DNA from: a candidate division WOR-3 bacterium
GTDB lineage: Bacteria > Hydrothermota > Tepidihabitantia > Tepidihabitantales > Tepidihabitantaceae
Reading direction: 5' to 3'
Length of the DNA stretch: 20,795 bases
Assembly: GCA_965649225.1 (NCBI GenBank)
Contig: CBFGJX010000023.1
Location: 18,476-39,270, forward strand
Part shown: positions 7,193 through 15,609 of the stretch, in pieces
Layout: each line of letters opens with the position of its first letter
Numbering within the stretch: the stretch's first letter is position 1
The notes under the pieces: generated by a model
Told to the model about the DNA's origin: nothing
Database searches by the model: none
The model's input: the letters and a program-made list of their open reading frames with translations, nothing else
Position numbers and translations under genes: made by a program

Positions 7193-8782
7193 CTAGTTCG
7201 CCAGCCTGAGCAGCTGTTCGGTCGTCGTTACCCTTCTCAGCAGTGACTCGGCACGGGCAACATGAACATCGTGCCTGAGTCTCATCGCGTAGTCACCGCG
7301 CATACCGTACAGCTTGCCGGCAACCTCGCGCTCAATCTGCGAAACGAACCACTCGCGGGAAGAATCAAAGGACGCCGGGGTGAACTCGACCCCCTTCTCA
7401 TTGCGCAAGAAGTCGGCAAAACGGGCCAGAACCGAGTCGTCAGCAACAAAGTCCATAGACAGATTCTTGTTCTTCTGGGTATACTGGACCGCGAAATCGA
7501 AAAAGACATCGCGGGCCAACCGCAGCCCGAGTCCGGCGATCCGTTCATACTGCAGCACGACATCCGGGACGATTGCCCCACCGCCATGCACCAGCCTGCG
7601 CAATCTGCCCAGGGTCCGGTATTCGGTCTTTGCCTCGTCGCCCGGCTCCCTGATTATTGCGCTTTCGAACCCTGTCTCCCCTTCCTCATCGGAGTCCTGC
7701 GTGCGCACCCTGCCATCACGGCCGCGGTCAAGATTTATGCAGCGTCCGCTGGGCGTGTACCAGTAGGCAGTAGTGATCTTGACCGCCTCCATCGGGCCGA
7801 GCTGATGAATCGTCTGAACTGATCCCTTGCCGAACGTCGTATCGCCCAGCAGCAGGGCACGTTCCCAGTCCTGCAAAGCACCGGCAACGATTTCCGCTGC
7901 CGAGGCACTGCCCCGGTCAACCAGCACAATCAACGGATACTCACCCAGCGGGTCCGGAGTGTCGGAGACAAACTCACGGTCACTGTCCGGCGTGCGGCCT
8001 TTTGTTCGGACAATCACCTTGCCCGGCGGCAGAAAGAGATCCGACACCTCCTTGCCTTCCATCAGCAACCCGCCACCGTTGGACCGGAGGTCAAGAATCA
8101 GCTTCTGGGCCCCGGCACCAAAAAGGGAATCAATCGCCCGACTGAGTTCACGCGTGGCAACACGCGAGAAATCAGCCAGCCGGACATACCCGATATCGGG
8201 CGCAACAAGCGTCGCATGCGGCACCGCCTTGATGCTGATGACCTCACGGACAATCGTAAACGGCAGCTGGTCGTTCACACCCGGTCGGCTGATGGTAATA
8301 CTGACCCGGGTACCCGGCTCACCGCGCAGCAGTTTGACTGCATTCTCGGTTGTAAAGCCCTTGGTGGATTTGCCGTCAATCTCGATTATCCGGTCGCCAC
8401 CGCGCAGACCAATCCGCTCGGCCGGCGTCCCTTCAATCGGAGCGATGACCGTCAGCACTTCGTCAACCAGCCCAATGTGAATGCCGATTCCACCAAACTG
8501 TCCCTCGGTACGAACCCGAAGCTCTTTGTAGTGGCTTTCGTCAAGAAACTCGGTATGCGGGTCAAGTGACTCCATCATGCCGCGGATTGCCGCCCGGATC
8601 AGCTTGTCAGCATCAACCCGCTCTACGTAGCTCGTCATCACCAGATCGACAACCCGGCTGAACAATTGCAGATTCTGCATCAGGCTGCTGGTACGCTGAG
8701 CCCACAGCCGGCCGAATAGCCCTCCGACCGCGAGGGCAGCAATCGCAACCGCCATTACCAATGCAATTCTTGTTTTTTTCAT
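7193..8782 (-). CDS. S41 family carboxyl-terminal processing protease (CtpA/Prc-like)
   Basis: N-terminal signal/anchor, LDPHT, PDZ GGIGI, DLRSNGGG, catalytic SASAAEI (Ser) and TFGKGSVQ (Lys), TAYWYTPSGRCI. Confidence 0.95.
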   Translation of the reverse strand: MKKTRIALVMAVAIAALAVGGLFGRLWAQRTSSLMQNLQLFSRVVDLVMTSYVERVDADKLIRAAIRGMMESLDPHTEFLDESHYKELRVRTEGQFGGIGIHIGLVDEVLTVIAPIEGTPAERIGLRGGDRIIEIDGKSTKGFTTENAVKLLRGEPGTRVSITISRPGVNDQLPFTIVREVISIKAVPHATLVAPDIGYVRLADFSRVATRELSRAIDSLFGAGAQKLILDLRSNGGGLLMEGKEVSDLFLPPGKVIVRTKGRTPDSDREFVSDTPDPLGEYPLIVLVDRGSASAAEIVAGALQDWERALLLGDTTFGKGSVQTIHQLGPMEAVKITTAYWYTPSGRCINLDRGRDGRVRTQDSDEEGETGFESAIIREPGDEAKTEYRTLGRLRRLVHGGGAIVPDVVLQYERIAGLGLRLARDVFFDFAVQYTQKNKNLSMDFVADDSVLARFADFLRNEKGVEFTPASFDSSREWFVSQIEREVAGKLYGMRGDYAMRLRHDVHVARAESLLRRVTTTEQLLRLAN

Positions 8783-8788
8783 TGTCTT

Positions 8789-9451
8789 CTAGGTAGTACC
8801 TGCGCCGGCTATGCTTCGCCTCTTAAGTTTCAGCAGCTTCTCAACCAGTTCCCACACCCTGACCGACAACTCCTCCGGGCGCATTGTGCCGTCCAGCACC
8901 TTGACCCGGCCCGGGGCACGCCGGGCAATGCGGAGGTATGCATCTCGCACCCGCTGATGAAATTCTACCCGTTCGCTTTCCAGTCTGTCAAGGACTCCGG
9001 CTGACTTGCGATCCCGCCCGACGCCGACCGGTACATCAAAAACCAGGGTCAGGTCCGGACGCCGCCCGGCCGTGGCCAGCTTGTTCAACCGCGCCACCGG
9101 CCGCAGCCCCAGACCGCGCCCGGCTCCCTGATAGGCCAGCGAAGAATCGGAGAAACGGTCTACTATCACGATTCGGCCCGCCGCCAGTGCCGGCAGAATG
9201 AGCTGGTAAACATGCTGGCAGCGGCTGGCCAGATAAAGAAACAGTTCGGTGCGGGCATGCATTCCAGCGCTGGCCGGGTCCAGCAGAATCGTCCTTACCG
9301 CCTCGCCGATCGGCGTTCCGCCCGGCTCCCGCGAGAGCAGACAATCGTAACCCGCCCCCTTCAGCCGGTCGTAGAGCAGCCGGGCCTGAGTCGATTTGCC
9401 CGACCCTTCGACGCCTTCGAAGCTGATTAGCAGACCATGCCGAAACGGCAC
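8789..9451 (-). CDS. tmk: thymidylate kinase (dTMP kinase)
   Basis: P-loop FEGVEGSGKST, REPGG, DRFSDSSLAYQG, PDLT. Confidence 0.96.
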   Translation of the reverse strand: MPFRHGLLISFEGVEGSGKSTQARLLYDRLKGAGYDCLLSREPGGTPIGEAVRTILLDPASAGMHARTELFLYLASRCQHVYQLILPALAAGRIVIVDRFSDSSLAYQGAGRGLGLRPVARLNKLATAGRRPDLTLVFDVPVGVGRDRKSAGVLDRLESERVEFHQRVRDAYLRIARRAPGRVKVLDGTMRPEELSVRVWELVEKLLKLKRRSIAGAGTT

Positions 9452-9478
9452 CCTCGCTATCCCCAGGAATTCAAGATG

Positions 9479-10564
9479 CTAACGCTTCGTCCGGGTGCAG
9501 CGCCGAATGAATGCCTCGGTCCGGTCGCGACAGACCTCGTCGGGGAACTGACGCGGCGGTGTTTTCATGAAATAGCTTGATGGCTCAACGATCGCTCCCG
9601 ACAAACCGCGGTCAAGAGCCAGCTTGGCACAGCGTATGGCATCAATCACCACGCCGGCCGAGTTGGGCGAATCCCATACTTCAAGCTTCAGCTCCAGATT
9701 CAGGGGCACGTCGCCGAAAGTCTGCCCTTCCAGCCTGATGTGTGCCCACTTTCGGTCCTTCAGCCAGGCAACATAGTCGGAAGGCCCGATGTAGACGTTT
9801 TCGGCGCCGATGTCATACTTCAACAACGAAGTGACTGCCCCGGTCTTCGAAATCTTCTTCGAGTGCAGCCGGCTTCGTTCAAGCATGTTCAGGAAGTCGG
9901 TGTTGCCACCGACGTTGAGCTGTGAAGTCCGCAGCAGCTTGACGCCACGGTCATTGAACAGCGAGACGAGTACCCGATGCAGTATCGTCGCTCCGACCTG
10001 GGACTTGATGTCGTCGCCAATGACCGGCAGCCCGGCAGCCTTGAATCGCCGCTGCCAATACTTCTGCGATGCGATGAACACTGGGATGCAGTTGACGAAT
10101 GCACAGCCGGCCTTGAGCACCTGCTCGACATACCACTTGGTCGCTTCCTCTGAACCGACCGGCAGGTAATTTACGACGACATCGGTCCCGGTATCTTTCA
10201 GGATTCGCACAATATCCGCGGTCGGGCCGGGCGCCTTTTCGATTATCTGCGACAGATAGTATCCCAGACCGTCGTGCGTCATTCCCCGGACGACCTTGAC
10301 GCCGCTCCGCGGTACATCGGCAAAGCGGTAGGTGTTGTTGGGATAGGTGTAGATCGCCTGCGCCAGATCCTTGCCGACCTTGCGTTTGTCGATGTCTATC
10401 GCGACCGAAAACTCAATATCCCGGATATGGTAGCCGCCGAGTACGACGTGCATGATGCCGGGAACGAGCTCACCCGGCTTGGCATCACGATAATAGTGGA
10501 CACCCTGCACCAGACTGCTGGCGCAGTTGCCAACGCCAATGATGCCGACTCTGATCTTCGACAT
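9479..10564 (-). CDS. ino1: myo-inositol-1-phosphate synthase (inositol-3-phosphate synthase)
   Basis: [73 protein letters not shown] (10576-10572) lies 7 nt before ATG 10564; the alternative start is ATG 10570. Confidence 0.96.
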   Translation of the reverse strand: MSKIRVGIIGVGNCASSLVQGVHYYRDAKPGELVPGIMHVVLGGYHIRDIEFSVAIDIDKRKVGKDLAQAIYTYPNNTYRFADVPRSGVKVVRGMTHDGLGYYLSQIIEKAPGPTADIVRILKDTGTDVVVNYLPVGSEEATKWYVEQVLKAGCAFVNCIPVFIASQKYWQRRFKAAGLPVIGDDIKSQVGATILHRVLVSLFNDRGVKLLRTSQLNVGGNTDFLNMLERSRLHSKKISKTGAVTSLLKYDIGAENVYIGPSDYVAWLKDRKWAHIRLEGQTFGDVPLNLELKLEVWDSPNSAGVVIDAIRCAKLALDRGLSGAIVEPSSYFMKTPPRQFPDEVCRDRTEAFIRRCTRTKR

Positions 10565-10624
10565 TGTCATTCCTCCTGCGAACTCAATCGACTCTCTGCC
10601 GGCCGGGCCGGTAACCGGGCACAG

Positions 10625-11251
10625 CTACCACACCGCTCCAAGAAAAGGGTTGACGAGCAGAGCCCGGGCAAAGCTGCCCGGCTCGCCGTGTCCCGGATAC
10701 AGTACTGTCTCCCGTGTCAGCCGTGACCGCAGCAACTGCAGTGAAGCCCGCAACTGCATCTCACTGCCACCCGGAAAATCAGTCCGTCCAACCGAATCAA
10801 TGAACAGCGTGTCACCGGTGAAGGCAACGCCGGCGCCAACCAGACAAATTCCGCCCGGTGTATGCCCGGGCGTATGTACCACCTCGAACTGTGTCCCGCC
10901 GACACTGATCCTCTCGCCATCCTGCAGCAGTCGCGCCGGACGGACCGGCGATACACTCATTCCGAAGAATCCGGCCATCACTGCATCCGGCCGGGTTACC
11001 ATTGCCTCGTCGGCAGCGTGAATCAACAATTCGGCCCCGGTCGCCTCCAGCACTGCCTTGTCAGCCGCCACGTGATCAATATGGCCGTGGGTGTTGATTA
11101 CATACCTGACCTTGCCGCCCAGTTCGTTGCAGACGGCGATGATCTGTTCGGCATCCCCGCCCGGGTCGACCACAGCCAGTTCGGAACCGGAATCAATCAC
11201 GTAGCAGTTCGTCGCCAGCGGGCCGACAACCAGCCGTCTGACCTCGTTCAA
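10625..11251 (-). CDS. MBL-fold metallo-hydrolase (glyoxalase II / YcbL-GloC-like)
   Basis: TNCY, THGHIDH, HTPGHTPG, FTGDTLF, GRTDFPGG, PGHG. The TTG start overlaps the ogt stop (TTGA). Confidence 0.93.
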   Translation of the reverse strand: MNEVRRLVVGPLATNCYVIDSGSELAVVDPGGDAEQIIAVCNELGGKVRYVINTHGHIDHVAADKAVLEATGAELLIHAADEAMVTRPDAVMAGFFGMSVSPVRPARLLQDGERISVGGTQFEVVHTPGHTPGGICLVGAGVAFTGDTLFIDSVGRTDFPGGSEMQLRASLQLLRSRLTRETVLYPGHGEPGSFARALLVNPFLGAVW

Positions 11252-11763
11252 ATCACCCTCTCAGGACAAGCAGCGGCCAACCGCCGGCGACGACCAGTTC
11301 CGGCGAAAGACCACCCTTCACGCCCAAGCAGAAACTCTTTCCAAGCCAGACCGCCAGTGAAACCGCCCAGCAGCCCGCCGGCACCCACTACCCGATGGCA
11401 GGGCACCAGCAGCGGCACTGGATTGGCGGCAAGCGCCTGGCCGACCGCCCGAGCCGAATTCGGACAACCGAGTGCGGTTGCCAGCCAACCATAAGTCCTG
11501 ACACTGCCAGGGCGAATCCGGGCACACAGCTTCAGTACCCGCCGCTGGAAAACCGATAACCCTTCAAGCTCATACCGCAGTCCGGCTTTGGCCGCTCCCC
11601 GGTCGAGAGCAGAGAGAAGTGCATGGCAAGCCAGTGTGTCGTTGGAGCCCTGCAGCCGCCGGCGCGTCAGCCTGACGCTGACGATGCGGTCCTGACGCCA
11701 CATCAGGACGGCCGTACCGGGCGGCAGCGAGCAGACGCTCACCGGCGGCGGGGCGTTGTTCAT
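11248..11763 (-). CDS. ogt: methylated-DNA--protein-cysteine methyltransferase (MGMT family)
   Basis: FQRRVL, GSVRTYG, ARAVGQALAANP, active site PCHRV, GGFTGGLAWKEFLL. The start is reassigned to ATG 11763 (171 aa), just downstream of a promoter. The ORF-track extension to 12171 is not MGMT-like. Confidence 0.9.
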   Translation of the reverse strand: MNNAPPPVSVCSLPPGTAVLMWRQDRIVSVRLTRRRLQGSNDTLACHALLSALDRGAAKAGLRYELEGLSVFQRRVLKLCARIRPGSVRTYGWLATALGCPNSARAVGQALAANPVPLLVPCHRVVGAGGLLGGFTGGLAWKEFLLGREGWSFAGTGRRRRLAAACPERVI

Positions 11764-11771
11764 CGCCAGCC

Positions 11772-11799
11772 ATATTAGGACGTGTGGCAGGGTAGTCAA
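11772..11799 (-). promoter_or_regulatory. putative sigma70-like promoter of the ogt-led operon (leaderless type)
   Basis: TTGACT (11799-11794) - 16 nt - TAATAT (11777-11772) - 8 nt - ATG 11763; no SD. Confidence 0.6.
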
Positions 11800-12046
11800 G
11801 GAAGTGGCCGTCCGCCAGAAACACAGCTTCACTGTCATCGGCAGCGTCGCCGACCCCGGTTCTGCTGACCAACGTTTCTGTCCAATCATTCGGGCAGCCC
11901 GGGGAACGAGAGGGGTCATTCCGGCCACCCCGGCGCAATGACATGGCCAGACGTCAGATAGACACAAAAACCTGTCTGTTTCCGGTTTAGCCTGCAGTGC
12001 AAGGCCAGCCATCGCCAACGCCAGTCCCATATCCTGACCTGCACCC

Positions 12047-12074
12047 TTGCGTAACTGTTGTTCCAGCCTATCAT
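12047..12074 (+). promoter_or_regulatory. putative sigma70-like promoter of the dinG-like gene (leaderless type)
   Basis: TTGCGT (12047-12052) - 16 nt - TATCAT (12069-12074) - 7 nt - ATG 12082; no SD. Confidence 0.55.
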
Positions 12075-12081
12075 CGCAGCA

Positions 12082-14055
12082 ATGTTCGACCCACCGGCAG
12101 TGGCAAAACTGCTCGACAAGGACGGCGCGCTCAGCCGACTCCTGCCCGGATTCGAAACACGCCTCCAGCAACTGAAGCTGTGCACTGCAACCGCCGAACT
12201 GCTTGCAACCGGGGGCGGGCTCGCTGCCGAGGCGGGGACGGGAACCGGCAAGACCATTGCCTATCTTCTTCCTGCTGCAATTTGGGCCCGGGAAACCGGC
12301 CAGCGCGTGCTGATATCAACCTACACCAAAATCCTCCAGACCCAGATCATCGAACGGGACGCCCCGGTCGTTGCCCGGATACTCGACGATAACCTGCGCA
12401 TCGCCGCCGCCTACGGTCAGGAAAACTACGTCTGCCGCTTCCGTCTGGCACACAATGTTGAGCGGGGTCTTTTCACCTCGCTGAACGACGCTCGCGCTGC
12501 CGAACGACTGCTGGTCTGGGCCGAAGCGACCGAAGACGGCCTGCTGCTTTCCTATCAGGGGCAGCTGCCCGCCGCACTCGCCGCCCGCGTCGGCCGCAAT
12601 GCCGCTGCCTGCCGCCGGGAAAAATGTCCCTATCGACCATCGTGCCCATATCTGCTGGCCCGGAAACGCTGGGAAACGTCCCAGATACTAGTCGCCAACC
12701 ATGCCCTGCTCTTTTCATCTCTCGCCGGGGACACTGAACTGCTCCCAAACTTCAGCGCGGTCATTCTTGACGAAGCCCACCGGATCGAAGAAGCCGCCAG
12801 CTGGCACTTTGGCACCCAGGTGTCGCTGCCGCTGCTGCTGGAGACAATCAGTCATCTCTTTTCGCTTCGCGACATTCTTGCCGGCGACCGGGCTCTGCGC
12901 GACCTGACCATCAGGCTGCAGACTGCCGCTGCCGCCGCCCGTACGACAACCGAAACACTGACCCGGTCGGCACTCGACCAGTTCAGTCCCGAGCAGAACC
13001 GTCGCCGCATCGTTGCCGCACTCGACACCGCCGAATGTGCCGGTGCGGCCGCCGCCCTCGCTGCCACCGCTGAAACGGCGGCAACCTCGGTTGACGATGA
13101 ACTCTTCGCCGCTGAACTGAACGTCGACGCCCAGCGGCTCAAAACGGCGGCCGTCGCACTGCAGCACTTCGCCGAACCACCCGCACCCGACTCTGTTCGC
13201 TGGCTCGAGCGGACCGGCCGCGGCGTTACGCTGGTCAGCACTCCACTTTCGGTTGCCGCTAACCTGCAGGAAAAGCTCCATCAACGAATGCATGCAACCA
13301 TGCTTGTCTCCGCGACGCTGACTGTCGCCGGCAGCTTCGGCTTTTTCGCCGATCGCTTTGGGCTGGCCGGATTCAAAACGCTCCAGCTCGATTCACCGTT
13401 CGACTACTCCCGGCAGAGCATTCTTTACGTCCCCCGCGGACTGCCGCCGCCTTCGAACCCCCGTTTTCTCGCCGAGGCTGCCGCAGTGCTGCAGAAGCTG
13501 CTGGCTGTCTCCCGCGGCCGGGCGCTGGTGCTTTTCACTTCCTACGACGCGCTGAACGCCATCTGGGAACTGATGCCACGCCAGGATTATGCCTACATCA
13601 AACAGGGCGACGAACCGCCACCATCGCTGCTGGCACGATTTCGCGCCGACACCCACTCCGTGCTGTTTGCCACCCAGTCATTCTGGCAGGGCATTGACGT
13701 TCCCGGCGAGGCGCTGTCCTGTCTGGTGATAGTGCGGCTGCCATTTGAAGTGCCGGACGACCCACGACTCAGCGCTATCTGCGACCAGCTCAAGTCCGCC
13801 GGTGAAGAGCCGTTCACGTCCTATCAGGTTCCCGTTGCAGTATTGCGCTTCCGACAGGGCTTCGGCCGGCTGATCCGCAGCACCCAAGACCGTGGTGCAG
13901 TGGTTGTGCTGGACCGGCGGTTGCTTGAACGCAGCTACGGCGAGACTTTTCTCGCTTCGCTGCCCGCCGGATTGCCTCTTACCCGGGACTTTGCTGACCT
14001 GCAGCGGTTTTTCGATTCAATCGACAGCGGCGCTTCACCGCAGACAGCCGGGTGA
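12082..14055 (+). CDS. dinG: ATP-dependent DNA helicase, DinG/YoaA family (Fe-S)
   Basis: Walker A EAGTGTGKT, Fe-S cysteines NYVC...C-RREKCPYRPSCPY, VANHALL, DEAH, SATL, SPFDY, LVLFTSY, FWQGID, QGFGRLIR. ATG 12082 is preferred over TTG 12058. Confidence 0.92.
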   Translation: MFDPPAVAKLLDKDGALSRLLPGFETRLQQLKLCTATAELLATGGGLAAEAGTGTGKTIAYLLPAAIWARETGQRVLISTYTKILQTQIIERDAPVVARILDDNLRIAAAYGQENYVCRFRLAHNVERGLFTSLNDARAAERLLVWAEATEDGLLLSYQGQLPAALAARVGRNAAACRREKCPYRPSCPYLLARKRWETSQILVANHALLFSSLAGDTELLPNFSAVILDEAHRIEEAASWHFGTQVSLPLLLETISHLFSLRDILAGDRALRDLTIRLQTAAAAARTTTETLTRSALDQFSPEQNRRRIVAALDTAECAGAAAALAATAETAATSVDDELFAAELNVDAQRLKTAAVALQHFAEPPAPDSVRWLERTGRGVTLVSTPLSVAANLQEKLHQRMHATMLVSATLTVAGSFGFFADRFGLAGFKTLQLDSPFDYSRQSILYVPRGLPPPSNPRFLAEAAAVLQKLLAVSRGRALVLFTSYDALNAIWELMPRQDYAYIKQGDEPPPSLLARFRADTHSVLFATQSFWQGIDVPGEALSCLVIVRLPFEVPDDPRLSAICDQLKSAGEEPFTSYQVPVAVLRFRQGFGRLIRSTQDRGAVVVLDRRLLERSYGETFLASLPAGLPLTRDFADLQRFFDSIDSGASPQTAG

Positions 14056-15517
14056 CAAGCAACCCCAGCAAAGCAAAAGTCAACGGGTCAGTTGCAAACC
14101 GGAACCGGTGATTCTCCCCGGCCTCCATCAGATTGCCGGCAAGAGCCACCCAGATTATCAACCCGCACGCCCAAACGGCTGCCAGTCGCTGCCCACCGAC
14201 CAGCTGCCGACGCTTCATCATCACCAGAGCATTCGCGACGACCAGTGGCAATCCGAAAACCAGCAGCAACCCGATGTGCTGCCCGCGCTCTGACCGCACT
14301 GGCAGAATCCCGAGACGCTTGAAGTCAAAAGGCAGACGACCACCCAGAACTACGTCAAAAATCCGGTTCACCGGCTCGATGCGGGAACGGTTAGGCTCCA
14401 GCAGAACATAATCTGTCGGCGACTTGAAATAGCAGAACCACGACTTCAGCAGACCCTTGACAAAACCCAGCGGCCACTGCGAAATCGCCACCAATGCATC
14501 ATGCCGATAACGGTCGCTGACCGCAATATAGCCATAGTGATTGAAGTTCGGGTAACCCGAACTCCGCCGCCGCTGAACCAATGCCGGCACCAGCGCTGGC
14601 GGGTTGCCCAGCCAGCTGTCGGGATACTGCTCAATCGCTTCGAAACGGTCGATCAGTGCGGCCCGGGTCATCCGTCCCTCGCAGACGAAGCGCTGCCGGA
14701 CGCTGTCCGGTACAAACACGCCGGTCGTCGCCCACAGATTCATCCCGGTCCAGGTCGAGGCCGTGAAACGGCCGAAGACGACCAGGTTCTTCACCGATAA
14801 TCCACCCAGCAGCAGAACCGGGACCGCCACCGCCACGGCAACTGCCCGCCGCCGACCCGGCATCAACCATGCGGTCAGAACGGCCATTCCGACGACCAGC
14901 AGCGGATGAAAAAGGGCGTGGATCATCCCTGCACCGGCCAGTGCACCGAAGGCAAGTGTCGCGTATCGCTGCCTGCCGCTTCGGCCAAACTCTGCAATGC
15001 TGAACGCTGCCAGCGCCAGCAGCAGCGCCGTCGGCAGCGAGTAAAACAGCCAGTTCGAGTACAGCGCCAGACCGGGACTCACCGCCAGAACAACGGTAAC
15101 TATCAGTGCAACAGAACGGACAACCCCCAGCCGTCGCTGCAACAGATACACTGCCCAGCACAGCCCGCCAGCCATGGCACCCCAGAGCACGGCAAACGCT
15201 TTCGGCCAGCAGGCGGGAAAAAGCTTGAGACCAACACCAAGCAGCAGATTGAAAAGCGGCGGCTGGCTGTGCAGATACCACAGGCTTTCGCTCAACCGGG
15301 TCCGCAGCAGGCCCGGGTCCAGATATTGCATGAACCAGCTCAGCGGACTCACATCAAACTCAACGCCGAACAAGCCATAGACTGCCCGCGCAGCAACAGC
15401 GACGATTCCGCAGGAAACTCCAATCAGTCCGTCACCAACCCGTGCCGACGACGGAGATCGTCTGGGCTTTCCTCCGGCATTGCCAGCTTCGGCACGGTCG
15501 ACTGGTGATGGTCTCAC
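13979..15517 (-). CDS. polytopic membrane protein, putative GT-C (GT39/PMT/ArnT-like) glycosyltransferase
   Basis: Many hydrophobic helices, a HSQPPLFNLLL loop motif, a large periplasmic loop and C-terminal ENHRFRF. The architecture is typical of lipid-linked-donor glycosyltransferases; the family assignment is tentative. Confidence 0.6.
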   Translation of the reverse strand: MRPSPVDRAEAGNAGGKPRRSPSSARVGDGLIGVSCGIVAVAARAVYGLFGVEFDVSPLSWFMQYLDPGLLRTRLSESLWYLHSQPPLFNLLLGVGLKLFPACWPKAFAVLWGAMAGGLCWAVYLLQRRLGVVRSVALIVTVVLAVSPGLALYSNWLFYSLPTALLLALAAFSIAEFGRSGRQRYATLAFGALAGAGMIHALFHPLLVVGMAVLTAWLMPGRRRAVAVAVAVPVLLLGGLSVKNLVVFGRFTASTWTGMNLWATTGVFVPDSVRQRFVCEGRMTRAALIDRFEAIEQYPDSWLGNPPALVPALVQRRRSSGYPNFNHYGYIAVSDRYRHDALVAISQWPLGFVKGLLKSWFCYFKSPTDYVLLEPNRSRIEPVNRIFDVVLGGRLPFDFKRLGILPVRSERGQHIGLLLVFGLPLVVANALVMMKRRQLVGGQRLAAVWACGLIIWVALAGNLMEAGENHRFRFATDPLTFALLGLLVTRLSAVKRRCRLNRKTAAGQQSPG

Positions 15518-15526
15518 TCTGAATCA

Positions 15527-15554
15527 GTTATAGCTGGATCGCCGCCGCTGGCAA
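15527..15554 (-). promoter_or_regulatory. putative sigma70-like promoter of the GT-C gene
   Basis: TTGCCA (15554-15549) - 16 nt - TATAAC (15532-15527) - 9 nt - GTG 15517. Confidence 0.45.
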
Positions 15555-15572
15555 ATCCTGTCGCAGCCTGGT

Positions 15573-15602
15573 TTGACAGCCCGGGCACAGACAAGTTAGA
15601 GT
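15573..15602 (+). promoter_or_regulatory. putative sigma70-like promoter of the DUF2207 gene (leaderless type)
   Basis: TTGACA (15573-15578) - 18 nt - TAGAGT (15597-15602) - 7 nt - GTG 15610; no SD. Confidence 0.55.
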
Positions 15603-15609
15603 AAACCCA

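Noticed and set aside
6372..7196. 274-aa antisense ORF over mutM, and similar long shadow ORFs (3285-4046, 7827-8480, 15664-16752)
   Set aside because: Typical stop-poor antisense frames of GC-rich genes, with no protein-family motifs.
9044..9062. GGTCAGGTCCGGA resembling the SRP RNA core
   Set aside because: It lies antisense within tmk (PDLT codons) and lacks the following AGGAAGCAGC and flanking helix.
10575..10624. GC-rich inverted repeats between the MBL hydrolase and ino1 as a terminator
   Set aside because: Short CCGG-based stems with no U-tract on the coding strand.
11764..12171. 136-aa N-terminal extension of the MGMT ORF (could suggest an Ada-like fusion)
   Set aside because: No Ada zinc motif or AraC HTH. 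It overlaps the dinG start antisense, and a promoter sits directly before ATG 11763.
13680..13700. DinG motif FWQGID instead of FWEGVD
   Set aside because: Gln at this position occurs in other DinG-family helicases, and all core motifs are intact.
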